A stretch of DNA of 15,713 nt from Calditrichia bacterium (GTDB lineage: Bacteria; Calditrichota; Calditrichia; RBG-13-44-9). The position numbers and the translations under genes were made by a program. How positions within the stretch are numbered: position 1 is the first letter of the stretch; the number at the start of each line of letters is the position of its first letter. Location: positions 28,700-44,412 of the forward strand of contig JARRQT010000043.1 of the NCBI GenBank assembly GCA_037381445.1, given 5' to 3'. Under the pieces are notes generated by a model. The model saw only the letters and a list, made by a program, of their open reading frames with translations, ran no database searches and was not told the origin of the DNA. Shown here one piece after another: positions 1 through 8,389 of this stretch.

Positions 1-92
1 AAAAAACCGCATGTATAAGTTAATATTTATTATGATTTTTTAACGGAAACAACATAGCTTATTGCAGACATTAGCAGAGAGGGGATTGTTTT

Positions 93-557
93 ATGAAAGT
101 AAAAGATTTGATAGGAGAAAGAGAAATTTACTGCGTGAGCACGGGAGACTTCGTTCAAAAAGTTGCTGAATTGATGTCGGAGAAGGGCATCGGTGCGGTC
201 CCGGTGCTGGACGGGACGAATCTGGTTGGAATTTTTACCGAGAGAGATTTGCTGCGACGTATCATTGCTGAAAAAAGGAATCCTGCAAAAACCACAGTGG
301 AAGAAGTGATGACTCCGGAGTTGATTATCGCATCTCCCGATTTTGATGTCCAGGATTGCGTTGCCCTGATGCGAAAATATAATATCCGTCATCTCCCCGT
401 GGTAAAGGAAACGGATTTAGCCGGGATAATATCACTGCGGGATCTGCTAAATATGGAGATTGAAGACAAGGATTTTGAGATAAAAGTCCTGAATGAATAT
501 ATCCATTACATTCCGCCTTATGCTGTGAGAAAAAATTTGTCCGGATCGGAACAGTAA
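93..557 (+). CDS. CBS domain-containing protein (tandem CBS pair)
   Basis: 154 aa with two CBS repeats (LMSEKGIGAVPVLDGTNLVGIFTERDL and MRKYNIRHLPVV...LAGIISLRDL); GAGGGG SD-like sequence upstream of the ATG. Confidence 0.9.
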   Translation: MKVKDLIGEREIYCVSTGDFVQKVAELMSEKGIGAVPVLDGTNLVGIFTERDLLRRIIAEKRNPAKTTVEEVMTPELIIASPDFDVQDCVALMRKYNIRHLPVVKETDLAGIISLRDLLNMEIEDKDFEIKVLNEYIHYIPPYAVRKNLSGSEQ

Positions 558-570
558 TACAGGAATTTGT

Positions 571-1236
571 ATGACTCTCATTGCGGCACAGCAGCCTTAT
601 TATTTACCGGACTTTCATTATTTCAGCAAAATTTATCAAAGCGATGTTTTTCTGCTTGCGGATCACCTGCGGTTCCGCAAGCAATCGCCTATGGTCCGGG
701 CAGTCTTAAATAAAGAAGATTCAGGTAATTATTTAACCATTCCTGTGGTTCATCAACCGGAAGCGCAGCCGCCGCTTCATGAGATACAGATGCTTGATTC
801 AAACGATTGGCATCGCAGGCACCTGAAAACAATAGCCTCACAATTTCATCAATTCCCCTATTTTGATTTCTTTTTCCCGGAGTTGGAAGCGATTTATAAG
901 GAAAAAGATTTATCCTTGTCATCGTTTCTCATTAAGATTATTCGGTGGCATACCAATTTATTCTTCAGAGAAAAGCGGATTATAGTGGCGAGTGAAATCG
1001 GCATTCATGACATGTACGGATTGAAAAAATGGTTCGCTCAATTTCCGGAAAGGCAGTGGCTCATTTTTGCCAAAGAAAGGGAATATTATAGAAAGAATTT
1101 CCCGGCAGTATCCCTAAGGAATCTGGATAAGAACGCGCGAAAGAAATTCCCACCAGAATACCATCCCAACCTGCCCTTTCTGGTTCTTATTTTTCTGAAG
1201 GGCCCCGAAAGTATACTGTATTTTAAGAGCAGTTAA
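571..1236 (+). CDS. WbqC-like family protein (divergent)
   Basis: N-terminus QQPYYLPDFHYFSKIYQSDVFLLADH, LTIPV, WHRRHLKTI...PYFDFF and C-terminal PNLPFLVLIFLKGPE follow the WbqC family pattern; AGGA upstream; 13 nt after the CBS gene. Confidence 0.75.
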   Translation: MTLIAAQQPYYLPDFHYFSKIYQSDVFLLADHLRFRKQSPMVRAVLNKEDSGNYLTIPVVHQPEAQPPLHEIQMLDSNDWHRRHLKTIASQFHQFPYFDFFFPELEAIYKEKDLSLSSFLIKIIRWHTNLFFREKRIIVASEIGIHDMYGLKKWFAQFPERQWLIFAKEREYYRKNFPAVSLRNLDKNARKKFPPEYHPNLPFLVLIFLKGPESILYFKSS

Positions 1237-1340
1237 TCCATTTTCTCGGAAACTATTTGCCTTCATATTTTAAGAACCGGGAATGCAGAAAACAACTTCT
1301 GTCCAGGAACGCAATAATTATCAAAGAAATAACAAAAAAA

Positions 1341-1392
1341 TTGCTTTATGTGGCAAATAAAACTAAATTTGCAGTTTAAATTTTGATATAAT
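1341..1392 (+). promoter_or_regulatory. Putative efp promoter
   Basis: Perfect extended -10 TGATATAAT at 1384-1392; an alternative pair TTGCTT(1341-1346)-N17-TAAATT(1364-1369) is also present. Confidence 0.45.
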
Positions 1393-1417
1393 GTTGATAA
1401 TCAGGAGTGTTTGTTGT

Positions 1418-1981
1418 ATGAAAATGAAAGCTATTCAAATTCGCAAAGGAAATGTGATTGATTATAAAGGTGAGCTCTACCGGGTCACGGAAGCAACACA
1501 TGTGACACCCGGCAAGGGGCAGGCATTGATGCAAATTAAAATGAAGCGCCTGAGCGATGGCGTCAAAAATGAGGACCGTTTCCGTCCGGACGAAGCCGTA
1601 GAAAAGGCCACGCTCACCACCCACGAGTATCAGTTTTTGTATAATGATGGTGACCTGTACTATTTTATGGATTTGGAGTCGTACGAGCAAATCCATCTGA
1701 CAGGAGAAATGATCGGAGACGATATTTACTACCTTTTGCCCGAAACCATTGTGCAGATTCTCTTTCACGAAAGTCAGCCTATCGGCGTCGAACTTCCCGG
1801 CGTAGTGGAACTGGAGGTCACTGAAACGCAGCCCAATATGAAAGGCGCAACGGTCTCGAGCTCCTATAAACCTGCTAAGCTCGAAACCGGATTGTCAATA
1901 CAAATCCCTCCTTTTATCGAAGAGGGCGAGGTTATCCGGGTTGACACCTCAACCGGGAAATATCTGGAAAGGGCAAAATAG
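1418..1981 (+). CDS. efp: Translation elongation factor P
   Basis: HVTPGKG tip loop, YQFLYNDGDLYYFMDLESYEQI and KPAKLETGLSIQIPPFIEEGEVIRVDT motifs. Start placed at ATG 1418 (or 1424) because AGGAG is at 1403-1407; the ORF-track start at 1391 overlaps the -10 box. Confidence 0.97.
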   Translation: MKMKAIQIRKGNVIDYKGELYRVTEATHVTPGKGQALMQIKMKRLSDGVKNEDRFRPDEAVEKATLTTHEYQFLYNDGDLYYFMDLESYEQIHLTGEMIGDDIYYLLPETIVQILFHESQPIGVELPGVVELEVTETQPNMKGATVSSSYKPAKLETGLSIQIPPFIEEGEVIRVDTSTGKYLERAK

Positions 1982-2143
1982 GGGGCTTGAAAACGCTTAC
2001 AGGACGGTTTGGGCCCAATAATCCATAATCAGGGGAACCAGAACAATATAAATAGGTTCATTTATTGAATGAATAAATATATTTTCCGTTAGGTTGGAAA
2101 TTAATATTATTAAATCTAAATTATCTTATTTTAAGGAGGAAGA

Positions 2144-3019
2144 ATGAAGAGATTTCACGTAATCCTGGGAGCACTGCTCGTCTTTATCCTAGCGTTTTCT
2201 GCCTTTGCTCAGGAAGCAGCCCAAGCCCAGCAAGATTCAACGGTGGAAGCTCAAAAATTATTCAATGAAGGCCTCACTTTGTTGAAACGCGGTAAAAGCA
2301 CTGACGCCATCCAGAAACTGAATGAATCGGTCGCCAAAGATCCCAATCTTGCGGTTTCTTATTATGTTCTTGGCATTGCTTACAAGATGCAAAAGGATTA
2401 TGGCAAAGCAGAAAATATGTTTAAGACTGCCATTGACAAGGATCCCAAAATGTCGGATGCATACAACGCATTAGGCCTTTTGTACGCCGGCGAAGAAAAG
2501 TATAATGAAGCCATCAATACCTTCCAGGCCGCTATCAATGCCAATCCGAATGATGAGAAGGCAAATTTCGGAATGGGGTATGTTTACATACAGAAAAAAG
2601 ATTACAGAAATGCCATTCAGTATTTTCAAAAAGCCGTCGAAGTCAAACCTGATTATTCAAAGGCGTGGCTCAACCTGGGCGTTTCCCAATACCAGATCAA
2701 GCAGTACACCGAGGCTGTGAACTCTTTTGAAAATGCGTTGAAATCTGAAACCAAAAAGACTGAAAAGGGAGATATCTATCTGCGTCTGGGCGATGCCTAT
2801 TCCAAGGAAGGCAGTGATGCCAAAGCCATTGAGGCATATGATAATGCCCTTCAGACAGCCACCAAAAGTTATATTAAGGCAGCCGCAAATTTCGGATTGG
2901 GTGAGATTTACAAGAACAAAGGCGAAAAGCAGAAGGCCATTGCCTATTACCAGGCCGCTTCACGCGATCGCTCCTGGAAACAGTCCGCTTTATATGAAAT
3001 CGATCTTTTGAAGAAATAA
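2144..3019 (+). CDS. Secreted/periplasmic tetratricopeptide repeat protein
   Basis: Strong SD AAGGAGG; Sec signal peptide MKRFHVILGALLVFILAFSAFA; about seven 34-aa TPR units (e.g. AYNALGLLYAGEEKYNEAINTFQAAINANPND). Confidence 0.9.
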   Translation: MKRFHVILGALLVFILAFSAFAQEAAQAQQDSTVEAQKLFNEGLTLLKRGKSTDAIQKLNESVAKDPNLAVSYYVLGIAYKMQKDYGKAENMFKTAIDKDPKMSDAYNALGLLYAGEEKYNEAINTFQAAINANPNDEKANFGMGYVYIQKKDYRNAIQYFQKAVEVKPDYSKAWLNLGVSQYQIKQYTEAVNSFENALKSETKKTEKGDIYLRLGDAYSKEGSDAKAIEAYDNALQTATKSYIKAAANFGLGEIYKNKGEKQKAIAYYQAASRDRSWKQSALYEIDLLKK

Positions 3020-3071
3020 ATGAAAAAGAGAGTTTTAACATAACCATGCTTGAAAGGGGGTTGGCAACAGC

Positions 3072-3266
3072 ATGATTCACGTCAAGGTCCGCGATAACGA
3101 ACCTTTTGAAAGGGCTCTGAAAAGATTTACCAAAGCTTGCGAGAAATCCGGTTTGATGTCTGATATTAAGAAACATCAGCACTTTGAAAAACCGAGCGAA
3201 CAGCGCAAACGCAAAGAGAACTCTGCTCGCCGCAAAATACGCAAGCTGATGATGGAACAGCGATAA
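3072..3266 (+). CDS. rpsU: 30S ribosomal protein S21
   Basis: 64 aa basic protein, VKVRDNEPFERALKRF...HFEKPSEQRKRK; followed by yqeY, the usual arrangement. Confidence 0.97.
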   Translation: MIHVKVRDNEPFERALKRFTKACEKSGLMSDIKKHQHFEKPSEQRKRKENSARRKIRKLMMEQR

Positions 3267-3289
3267 GCAAAAAATTCTGGGATATTAAA

Positions 3290-3739
3290 ATGAGTATTCA
3301 AGAGAAACTTGTGGAAGATATGAAGGCTGCGATGAAGTCCGGTGACAAGGTTCGCCTGGAAACCGTTCGCGGTCTTCGCTCCCAGCTGCGTAACGCAGAG
3401 ATTGACAAGGTGGGGAATTTAAGCGAGGAAGAGGAAATTCAGGTACTCATGACCGCTGCCAAACGGCGCAAGGAATCCATCGAGCAGTTTCGAGCCGGAA
3501 ATCGCGAAGAACGCGCTGCGCAGGAAGAAAAAGAACTGGCAATTATCCAGGAATATCTTCCCCGGCAAATGGATGAGGCCGAGATTTCCCGGCTGGTCGA
3601 TCAAGTGGTTCAGGATATTCAGGCAACGTCTCCCAGGGATATGGGCAAAGTCATGGGGAAATTGATGCCCCAGGTGAAGGGCCGCGCAGATGGAAAACTG
3701 GTCCAGCAAATTGTGCAGCAAAAGCTTAATGCCCTTTGA
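3290..3739 (+). CDS. yqeY: GatB/YqeY domain-containing protein
   Basis: DMKAAMKSGDK, KRRKESIEQF, EYLPRQM and DMGKVMGKLMPQVKGRADGK motifs; directly after rpsU. Confidence 0.93.
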   Translation: MSIQEKLVEDMKAAMKSGDKVRLETVRGLRSQLRNAEIDKVGNLSEEEEIQVLMTAAKRRKESIEQFRAGNREERAAQEEKELAIIQEYLPRQMDEAEISRLVDQVVQDIQATSPRDMGKVMGKLMPQVKGRADGKLVQQIVQQKLNAL

Positions 3740-3810
3740 TATTGAACGTGATTCGCCAAATCTCTCCGTTCAAAGCATGCCCGGAACTATTATTCACAAA
3801 AAATTATCGG

Positions 3811-3837
3811 ATGGGGTTGCTAAAACCCCATTTTTTT
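3811..3837 (+). terminator. Rho-independent terminator after rpsU-yqeY
   Basis: Stem ATGGGGTT(3811-3818)/AACCCCAT(3824-3831), 5-nt loop, followed by a T-tract. Confidence 0.75.
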
Positions 3838-3871
3838 ATTTTCTTATCAGCAAAGATATGAGGATTTTTCA

Positions 3872-4474
3872 ATGAGCTCCATGGACATTATTTTTGCTGT
3901 ATTGCTGGGAGTCTTTATCATCATTGGGATCTGGAAAGGCTTCTTCCGGGAAGTACTGGGATTTGCAGGAATCGTGGGCGGAATCTTTGTGGGTATCATC
4001 GGTTTCGGACCGGCAAGCAAATTTTTGAGCCAGCTATTGCCCGGTATGCCGGCGTTCCTCTGGCCTTTTCTCAGCTTCATTTTTATCTTCGTCGCAGTCT
4101 ATCTGTCCAGCAGAATACTGGCCGGAATCCTCAGCAAAATCAGCGAAGGCCTTCTTTTGGGATGGCTGAATCGTCTCCTGGGTGGTCTGGTTGGAGGACT
4201 AAAGGGGGCCATCCTTCTCAGCCTGATTCTGCTCCTCATTGGATTTCTGCCTTTCCAGGGTGCCATGCGTCCGGTGAGGGAAAGCAGCAGGCTATATGAT
4301 CCTTTGCAGCGGGTTATTCCCTCTATCTATAACATGTTTAGTGATTTCAATCTGTCTTCGCGGACATTCGAAAACAAACTGACCAGAACCCTGGGGGACG
4401 CCAAAGTTAAATTAACCGATGAAATGATCAATTATTTGTACGATGGAAAACAGGATTCAACAATTATTAAGTGA
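3872..4474 (+). CDS. cvpA: CvpA family (colicin V production) membrane protein
   Basis: MDII...GIWKGFFREV, several hydrophobic helices, LNRLLGGLVGGLKG motif; GAGGA SD; upstream of mutS2 as in many genomes. Confidence 0.88.
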   Translation: MSSMDIIFAVLLGVFIIIGIWKGFFREVLGFAGIVGGIFVGIIGFGPASKFLSQLLPGMPAFLWPFLSFIFIFVAVYLSSRILAGILSKISEGLLLGWLNRLLGGLVGGLKGAILLSLILLLIGFLPFQGAMRPVRESSRLYDPLQRVIPSIYNMFSDFNLSSRTFENKLTRTLGDAKVKLTDEMINYLYDGKQDSTIIK

Positions 4475-6830
4475 TGAAAATCTGGTTCAACTGGAACTAC
4501 CCTCGCTTCTGCAAAAACTCAGAAAATTAGTGGCAACCCCTTACGGGCATCCCCACATGGATGGCCTGTCCCTTGATGAAAATCTCAAAACAGTAGAAAA
4601 AATGCTGCAGGAAGTCACCGAGATGGTTGGGCTTATGCAAGGCGGCTACTCCATTCCCATCGGAGAGATGGATGATATACGGCCGCTGCTGGAGAAGCTC
4701 CAGCCGGAAAACGCCTTTCTCGAACCGCCTGAGCTGAACCAGGTAAAGAGCAACCTGCAGGGATACGATGAGATTGCCCGCTTTTTTATCGACCGCAAAG
4801 AAGACACTCCTCTTCTTGGGCATTACGCCGGACGCATCCATTCCCATCGGGCCATCGTGAAGGAAATCGAACACTCCATTGATCATCACGGTGAGATGCG
4901 CGAAGACGCCAGTCCTGAGCTTCGGCGAATCCGTATCGAAATTGGCCGCCTGGAAAATGAACAAAAAACGGTGCTCAACCGGGTGCTGAAGCGTTATTCG
5001 GAATTTTCCCAGGATGACATCGTGACGCTGCGCGACGGGCGCATGGTGTTGGGCATCCAGCAACACCACGTGAACCGGGTGAACGGAATCGTGCACGGCA
5101 CCTCCGGGACCGGTGCTACGGTTTTCATCGAACCGATGGAAACCCTGCGGTTGAGCAACCAGATTCAGAATCTGAAAATAGACGAGCGGAAAGAGATTAT
5201 TCGCATCCTGCAGTTCTTGTCGGGACTGGTGCGGGAAGTTCGCCATGACATTCATTATGCCCTGGAAAATGTGGGGGCGCTGGATTTTATCCTGGCAAAG
5301 GCCCGCCTTTCCATGGCCATGGATGCCGCGGCACCGCAAATCAGCGAAAAGCCGTTTTTGCACCTGATGAATGCGCGTCATCCCCTGCTGCTTTTGAAGA
5401 TGGGACATCAGAATGTGGTGCCCTCCACCGTGACGCTGGGAGAGGATTTCCACACCCTGGTGATTACCGGCCCCAACGCCGGCGGCAAAACCGTAACCCT
5501 GAAGACCATCGGCCTGGTGGTGCTGATGACCCGGCTGGGCCTTCATATCCCGGCCCATCCCGACAGCATCATTCCGCTGCTGGACAGAGTGCTGGTTGAC
5601 ATTGGGGATCGCCAGAGTCTGGAGCAGGACCTGAGCACCTTCTCCGCCCATATCATCCGTCTGCAGGAAATCCTGCGGCAGGCCAATACCCACAGCCTGG
5701 TTCTGGTGGATGAAATCGGAACCGGCACCGATCCCCGCGAAGGTTCGGCTTTGGCCATCGCTATTCTTAAGGAGCTGACGGAACGGAAATCGCTGACCAT
5801 TGCCAGCACGCATCATGGCGAACTGAAAGCTTTCGCCTTCGCCACTAATGAGGTGGAAAACGCTTCCATGGAATTCAATCTGGAAACCCTTCAGCCAACC
5901 TATCATCTGCAGGTGGGGATTCCCGGGAGCAGTTACGCTTTTGAGATTGCACGGCGTTACGATCTCTCGGAGCTGGTTCTGGAGCGCGCCCGGAAAATTG
6001 TGGGACCGGATAAGGGCGAACTGGAAAATCTGATCCTGAACCTGAACGAGCGGCTGCAGAAAGTAGAAGAGGAGCGCAGAGAATTAAGCATCCGGCTCTC
6101 CGAAGCGGAGGGTCTGCGAAATCTGTATCAGCATGAAATGGAGCGCCTGCAGAGGGAAAAAACGGACCTGCGGCGGAAAGCGGCCGAAGAAGCCCGGAAA
6201 TTACTGGATGACGCCAATGCCGCCATTGAACGGACCGTGGCTGAGATTCGCCAAAACCAGGCCCGCCGCGAAAGCATCCGGGAAGCCCATCAGCAGATAC
6301 GGCAGCTGCAGGATCAGGCAGATCAAACATTGGAAGAAACCAAACCCCGTTTCCAGCGGGATCAGAAGCTGCGGCAGGGTGATGTGGTGTGGATTGAAAG
6401 TCTGAGGGAAGAAGGTGAATTGCTCAGCGAACCGGATTCGCATCACAAGGCGTGGGTCCTGGTGGGCAATATGCGAATGAATATGGACACCGCGGAGCTG
6501 AAGAAGATTTCCCGGAAAAAAGCCAAATCCGATTATGTGTTCAAACGGGGAAGAAACGAAAAGTCGGATGAACTGGAAAGCGGCATCCTGCCCGAACTGG
6601 ATCTGCGAGGCAAGGATTCCTATGAAGCGACTCACCTCACCGACAAATATCTGGACCAGGCGCTGGAAATGGGATGGGAAGAAGTGCGAATTGTCCATGG
6701 AAAAGGCACCGGTGTGCTGCGCCGGGTGATCAATGAATTTCTGGCCAGGGACAAGCGGGTGGAAGAGAAACGGCTGGGCAAATGGGGTGAAGGCGATACC
6801 GGCGTCACGGTAGTAAAATTAAAAAGATAG
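4443..6830 (+). CDS. mutS2: Endonuclease MutS2 (collided-ribosome sensor RqcU family)
   Basis: 795 aa; Walker A GPNAGGKT, DIGDRQSLEQDLSTFSAH, Walker B LVDEIGTGTDP, coiled coil, KOW-like segment (GDVVWI) and C-terminal Smr domain (LDLRG...VHGKGTGVLR). Confidence 0.96.
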   Translation: MENRIQQLLSDENLVQLELPSLLQKLRKLVATPYGHPHMDGLSLDENLKTVEKMLQEVTEMVGLMQGGYSIPIGEMDDIRPLLEKLQPENAFLEPPELNQVKSNLQGYDEIARFFIDRKEDTPLLGHYAGRIHSHRAIVKEIEHSIDHHGEMREDASPELRRIRIEIGRLENEQKTVLNRVLKRYSEFSQDDIVTLRDGRMVLGIQQHHVNRVNGIVHGTSGTGATVFIEPMETLRLSNQIQNLKIDERKEIIRILQFLSGLVREVRHDIHYALENVGALDFILAKARLSMAMDAAAPQISEKPFLHLMNARHPLLLLKMGHQNVVPSTVTLGEDFHTLVITGPNAGGKTVTLKTIGLVVLMTRLGLHIPAHPDSIIPLLDRVLVDIGDRQSLEQDLSTFSAHIIRLQEILRQANTHSLVLVDEIGTGTDPREGSALAIAILKELTERKSLTIASTHHGELKAFAFATNEVENASMEFNLETLQPTYHLQVGIPGSSYAFEIARRYDLSELVLERARKIVGPDKGELENLILNLNERLQKVEEERRELSIRLSEAEGLRNLYQHEMERLQREKTDLRRKAAEEARKLLDDANAAIERTVAEIRQNQARRESIREAHQQIRQLQDQADQTLEETKPRFQRDQKLRQGDVVWIESLREEGELLSEPDSHHKAWVLVGNMRMNMDTAELKKISRKKAKSDYVFKRGRNEKSDELESGILPELDLRGKDSYEATHLTDKYLDQALEMGWEEVRIVHGKGTGVLRRVINEFLARDKRVEEKRLGKWGEGDTGVTVVKLKR

Positions 6831-6839
6831 GTTGGAAAA

Positions 6840-7214
6840 ATGGATAAAATCTTTGTTTTCCTGGGAAGTGTAAATGCCTTTCTGGCGGTGGCGCTGGGTG
6901 CATTCGGTGCCCATGGTCTCAAATCCCGCCTGACGCCGGGCATGCTGGAAATTTATGAGACCGGGGTGAAATATCACCTCGCCCATGCCCTGGGTCTGAT
7001 TCTCATCGGAATCCTGGCTCACCTGATGACCCGCACGGAACTGGTGAATTTATCGGGCTGGCTGATACTGGCCGGAATCGTCATTTTCAGCGGGAGCCTT
7101 TATGTTCTGAGCATCAGCGGCGTGCGCTGGTGGGGCGCCGTGACCCCGCTGGGAGGGTTGTCATTTCTGGCAGGCTGGGCGCTGCTGGCAATTGCGGCAC
7201 TCCGCAGCTTTTGA
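6840..7214 (+). CDS. DUF423 (YgdD/TMEM256 family) membrane protein
   Basis: AVALGAFGAHGLK, ETGVKYHLAHAL, IFSGSLY and TPLGGLSFLAGW motifs; 9 nt after mutS2. Confidence 0.92.
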   Translation: MDKIFVFLGSVNAFLAVALGAFGAHGLKSRLTPGMLEIYETGVKYHLAHALGLILIGILAHLMTRTELVNLSGWLILAGIVIFSGSLYVLSISGVRWWGAVTPLGGLSFLAGWALLAIAALRSF

Positions 7215-7242
7215 AAAGCTTCCAAAAACCAAACCATTTGTT

Positions 7243-7275
7243 AAAAAATACCTCTTCTCTTCTGAGGGGGGTATT
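7243..7275. terminator. Possible terminator between convergent genes
   Basis: Imperfect hairpin AATACCTCTTCTC-TTCT-GAGGGGGGTATT (7247-7275), with G-U pairs on the + strand; the A-run at 7243-7248 gives a U-tract on the minus strand. Confidence 0.4.
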
Positions 7276-7315
7276 CTACTTACTGACAAATAAACCAATA
7301 GCTCACTAATAAATT

Positions 7316-8293
7316 CTACATAATCAGCGAAAGCAGCGCCTTTTGAACATGCAGGCGGTTTTCGGCTTCCTGATACACGACCGAATGGGGTCCATCGATC
7401 ACTCCCGGCGTCACCTCCTTGCCGCGGTCTGCGGGAAGCGGATGCATGTAGAGGGAATGCTTCTGGGTCAACTCCATTCTCCGTTCGTCACAAATCCAGT
7501 CCCTGTATTTCTCGATCATATCGGCGCCTTCTTTGGCGTCCTGTGTCACCACCAGCGGTCCCCAGGATTTTGGCACGACCACATCAGCATCGTGGAAGGC
7601 TTCATCCATCTCATGGGTCACGGTAAATTTCGCTCCCCCTGCCTCCGCATTCTGCTGCGCCTGTTCCATGATTTCGGGCATCAATTTGAATTCGGGCGGA
7701 TGGGCCAGTGTCACATTGATCCCGAAGCGGGGCATCATCAAAATAAGACTCTGCGGTACTGAAATGGGCCGCATATATTTGGGGGCATAGGTCCAACTGA
7801 CGCCAAGTTTCAATCCCCGGGTATTCGGTCCGAAATGCTCGGTAATGGTCAGATAATCGGCCAGAATCTGCGCCGGATGATAGATGTCGCACTGCATATT
7901 GACGATGGGCGAGGTGCTGCCCTCTTTCAGCGCCTGCAGGTATTTATTCCCTTCCCCGTATTTGCAGAACCGCACCGCGATTCCCTGCAGGTAGCGGGAA
8001 AGCACGCGGCCGGTGTCGATCGCTTCTTCACCGTGGGCGATCTGCATGGTTTCCGGGGCAAAGTAGATGCTGTGCCCGCCCAACTGGGTCATGGCCGCCT
8101 CGAACGAGGTGCGGGTGCGTGTGGAAGGATCGAAGAAAATCATTCCCAGCGTCTTTCCGTCCAGCCAATGGTTGAACCTGCCGGCGGCGTATTCCAGTTT
8201 GAGCTGTCTGGCCAGCTCGAAAATAGTCTGCAGTTCCTGGACTGTCCAGTCCTGAGTGGTAATAAAATGTTTGCCTTTGAGCTTGGATTCCAT
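7316..8293 (-). CDS. Knotted-type carbamoyltransferase, YgeW/AOTCase-related
   Basis: STRT carbamoyl-phosphate motif, HPAQ, WTYAPKYMRPISVPQS proline-rich loop, PKSWG, HPLP, EAENRLHVQKA. Start placed at ATG 8293 (MESKLKGKHF), preceded by CAGGAG SD; the ORF-track start at 8359 is probably too far upstream. Confidence 0.85.
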   Translation of the reverse strand: MESKLKGKHFITTQDWTVQELQTIFELARQLKLEYAAGRFNHWLDGKTLGMIFFDPSTRTRTSFEAAMTQLGGHSIYFAPETMQIAHGEEAIDTGRVLSRYLQGIAVRFCKYGEGNKYLQALKEGSTSPIVNMQCDIYHPAQILADYLTITEHFGPNTRGLKLGVSWTYAPKYMRPISVPQSLILMMPRFGINVTLAHPPEFKLMPEIMEQAQQNAEAGGAKFTVTHEMDEAFHDADVVVPKSWGPLVVTQDAKEGADMIEKYRDWICDERRMELTQKHSLYMHPLPADRGKEVTPGVIDGPHSVVYQEAENRLHVQKALLSLIM

Positions 8294-8389
8294 AGTTGAC
8301 TCCTGTTTCAGCGTTAATGTCAGTCGGCCTTCTGCAGGCCGGCGTGGTGTATCAGTCATTTTATGTGCAGGTCACCTATCTAAAAATCA

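Noticed and set aside
4474..4530. 18-codon ORF starting at the TGATG overlap with the cvpA stop
   Set aside because: Out of frame inside mutS2, no SD, too short to support; mutS2 is uninterrupted and needs no frameshift.
4527..5906. 459-aa minus-strand ORF
   Set aside because: Antisense shadow of mutS2 with no recognisable motifs; long antisense frames are common opposite genes with biased codon usage.
7206..7220. Palindrome AGCTTTT-G-AAAAGCT over the DUF423 stop
   Set aside because: Short and AT-rich with a 1-nt centre; no second copy seen; plausible by chance.
7316..8293. Calling the carbamoyltransferase argF or pyrB
   Set aside because: It lacks the OTCase DxxxSMG motif and the ATCase aspartate-binding R-x-Q-x-ER motif despite HPLP; it has knotted-family loops and a catabolic context.
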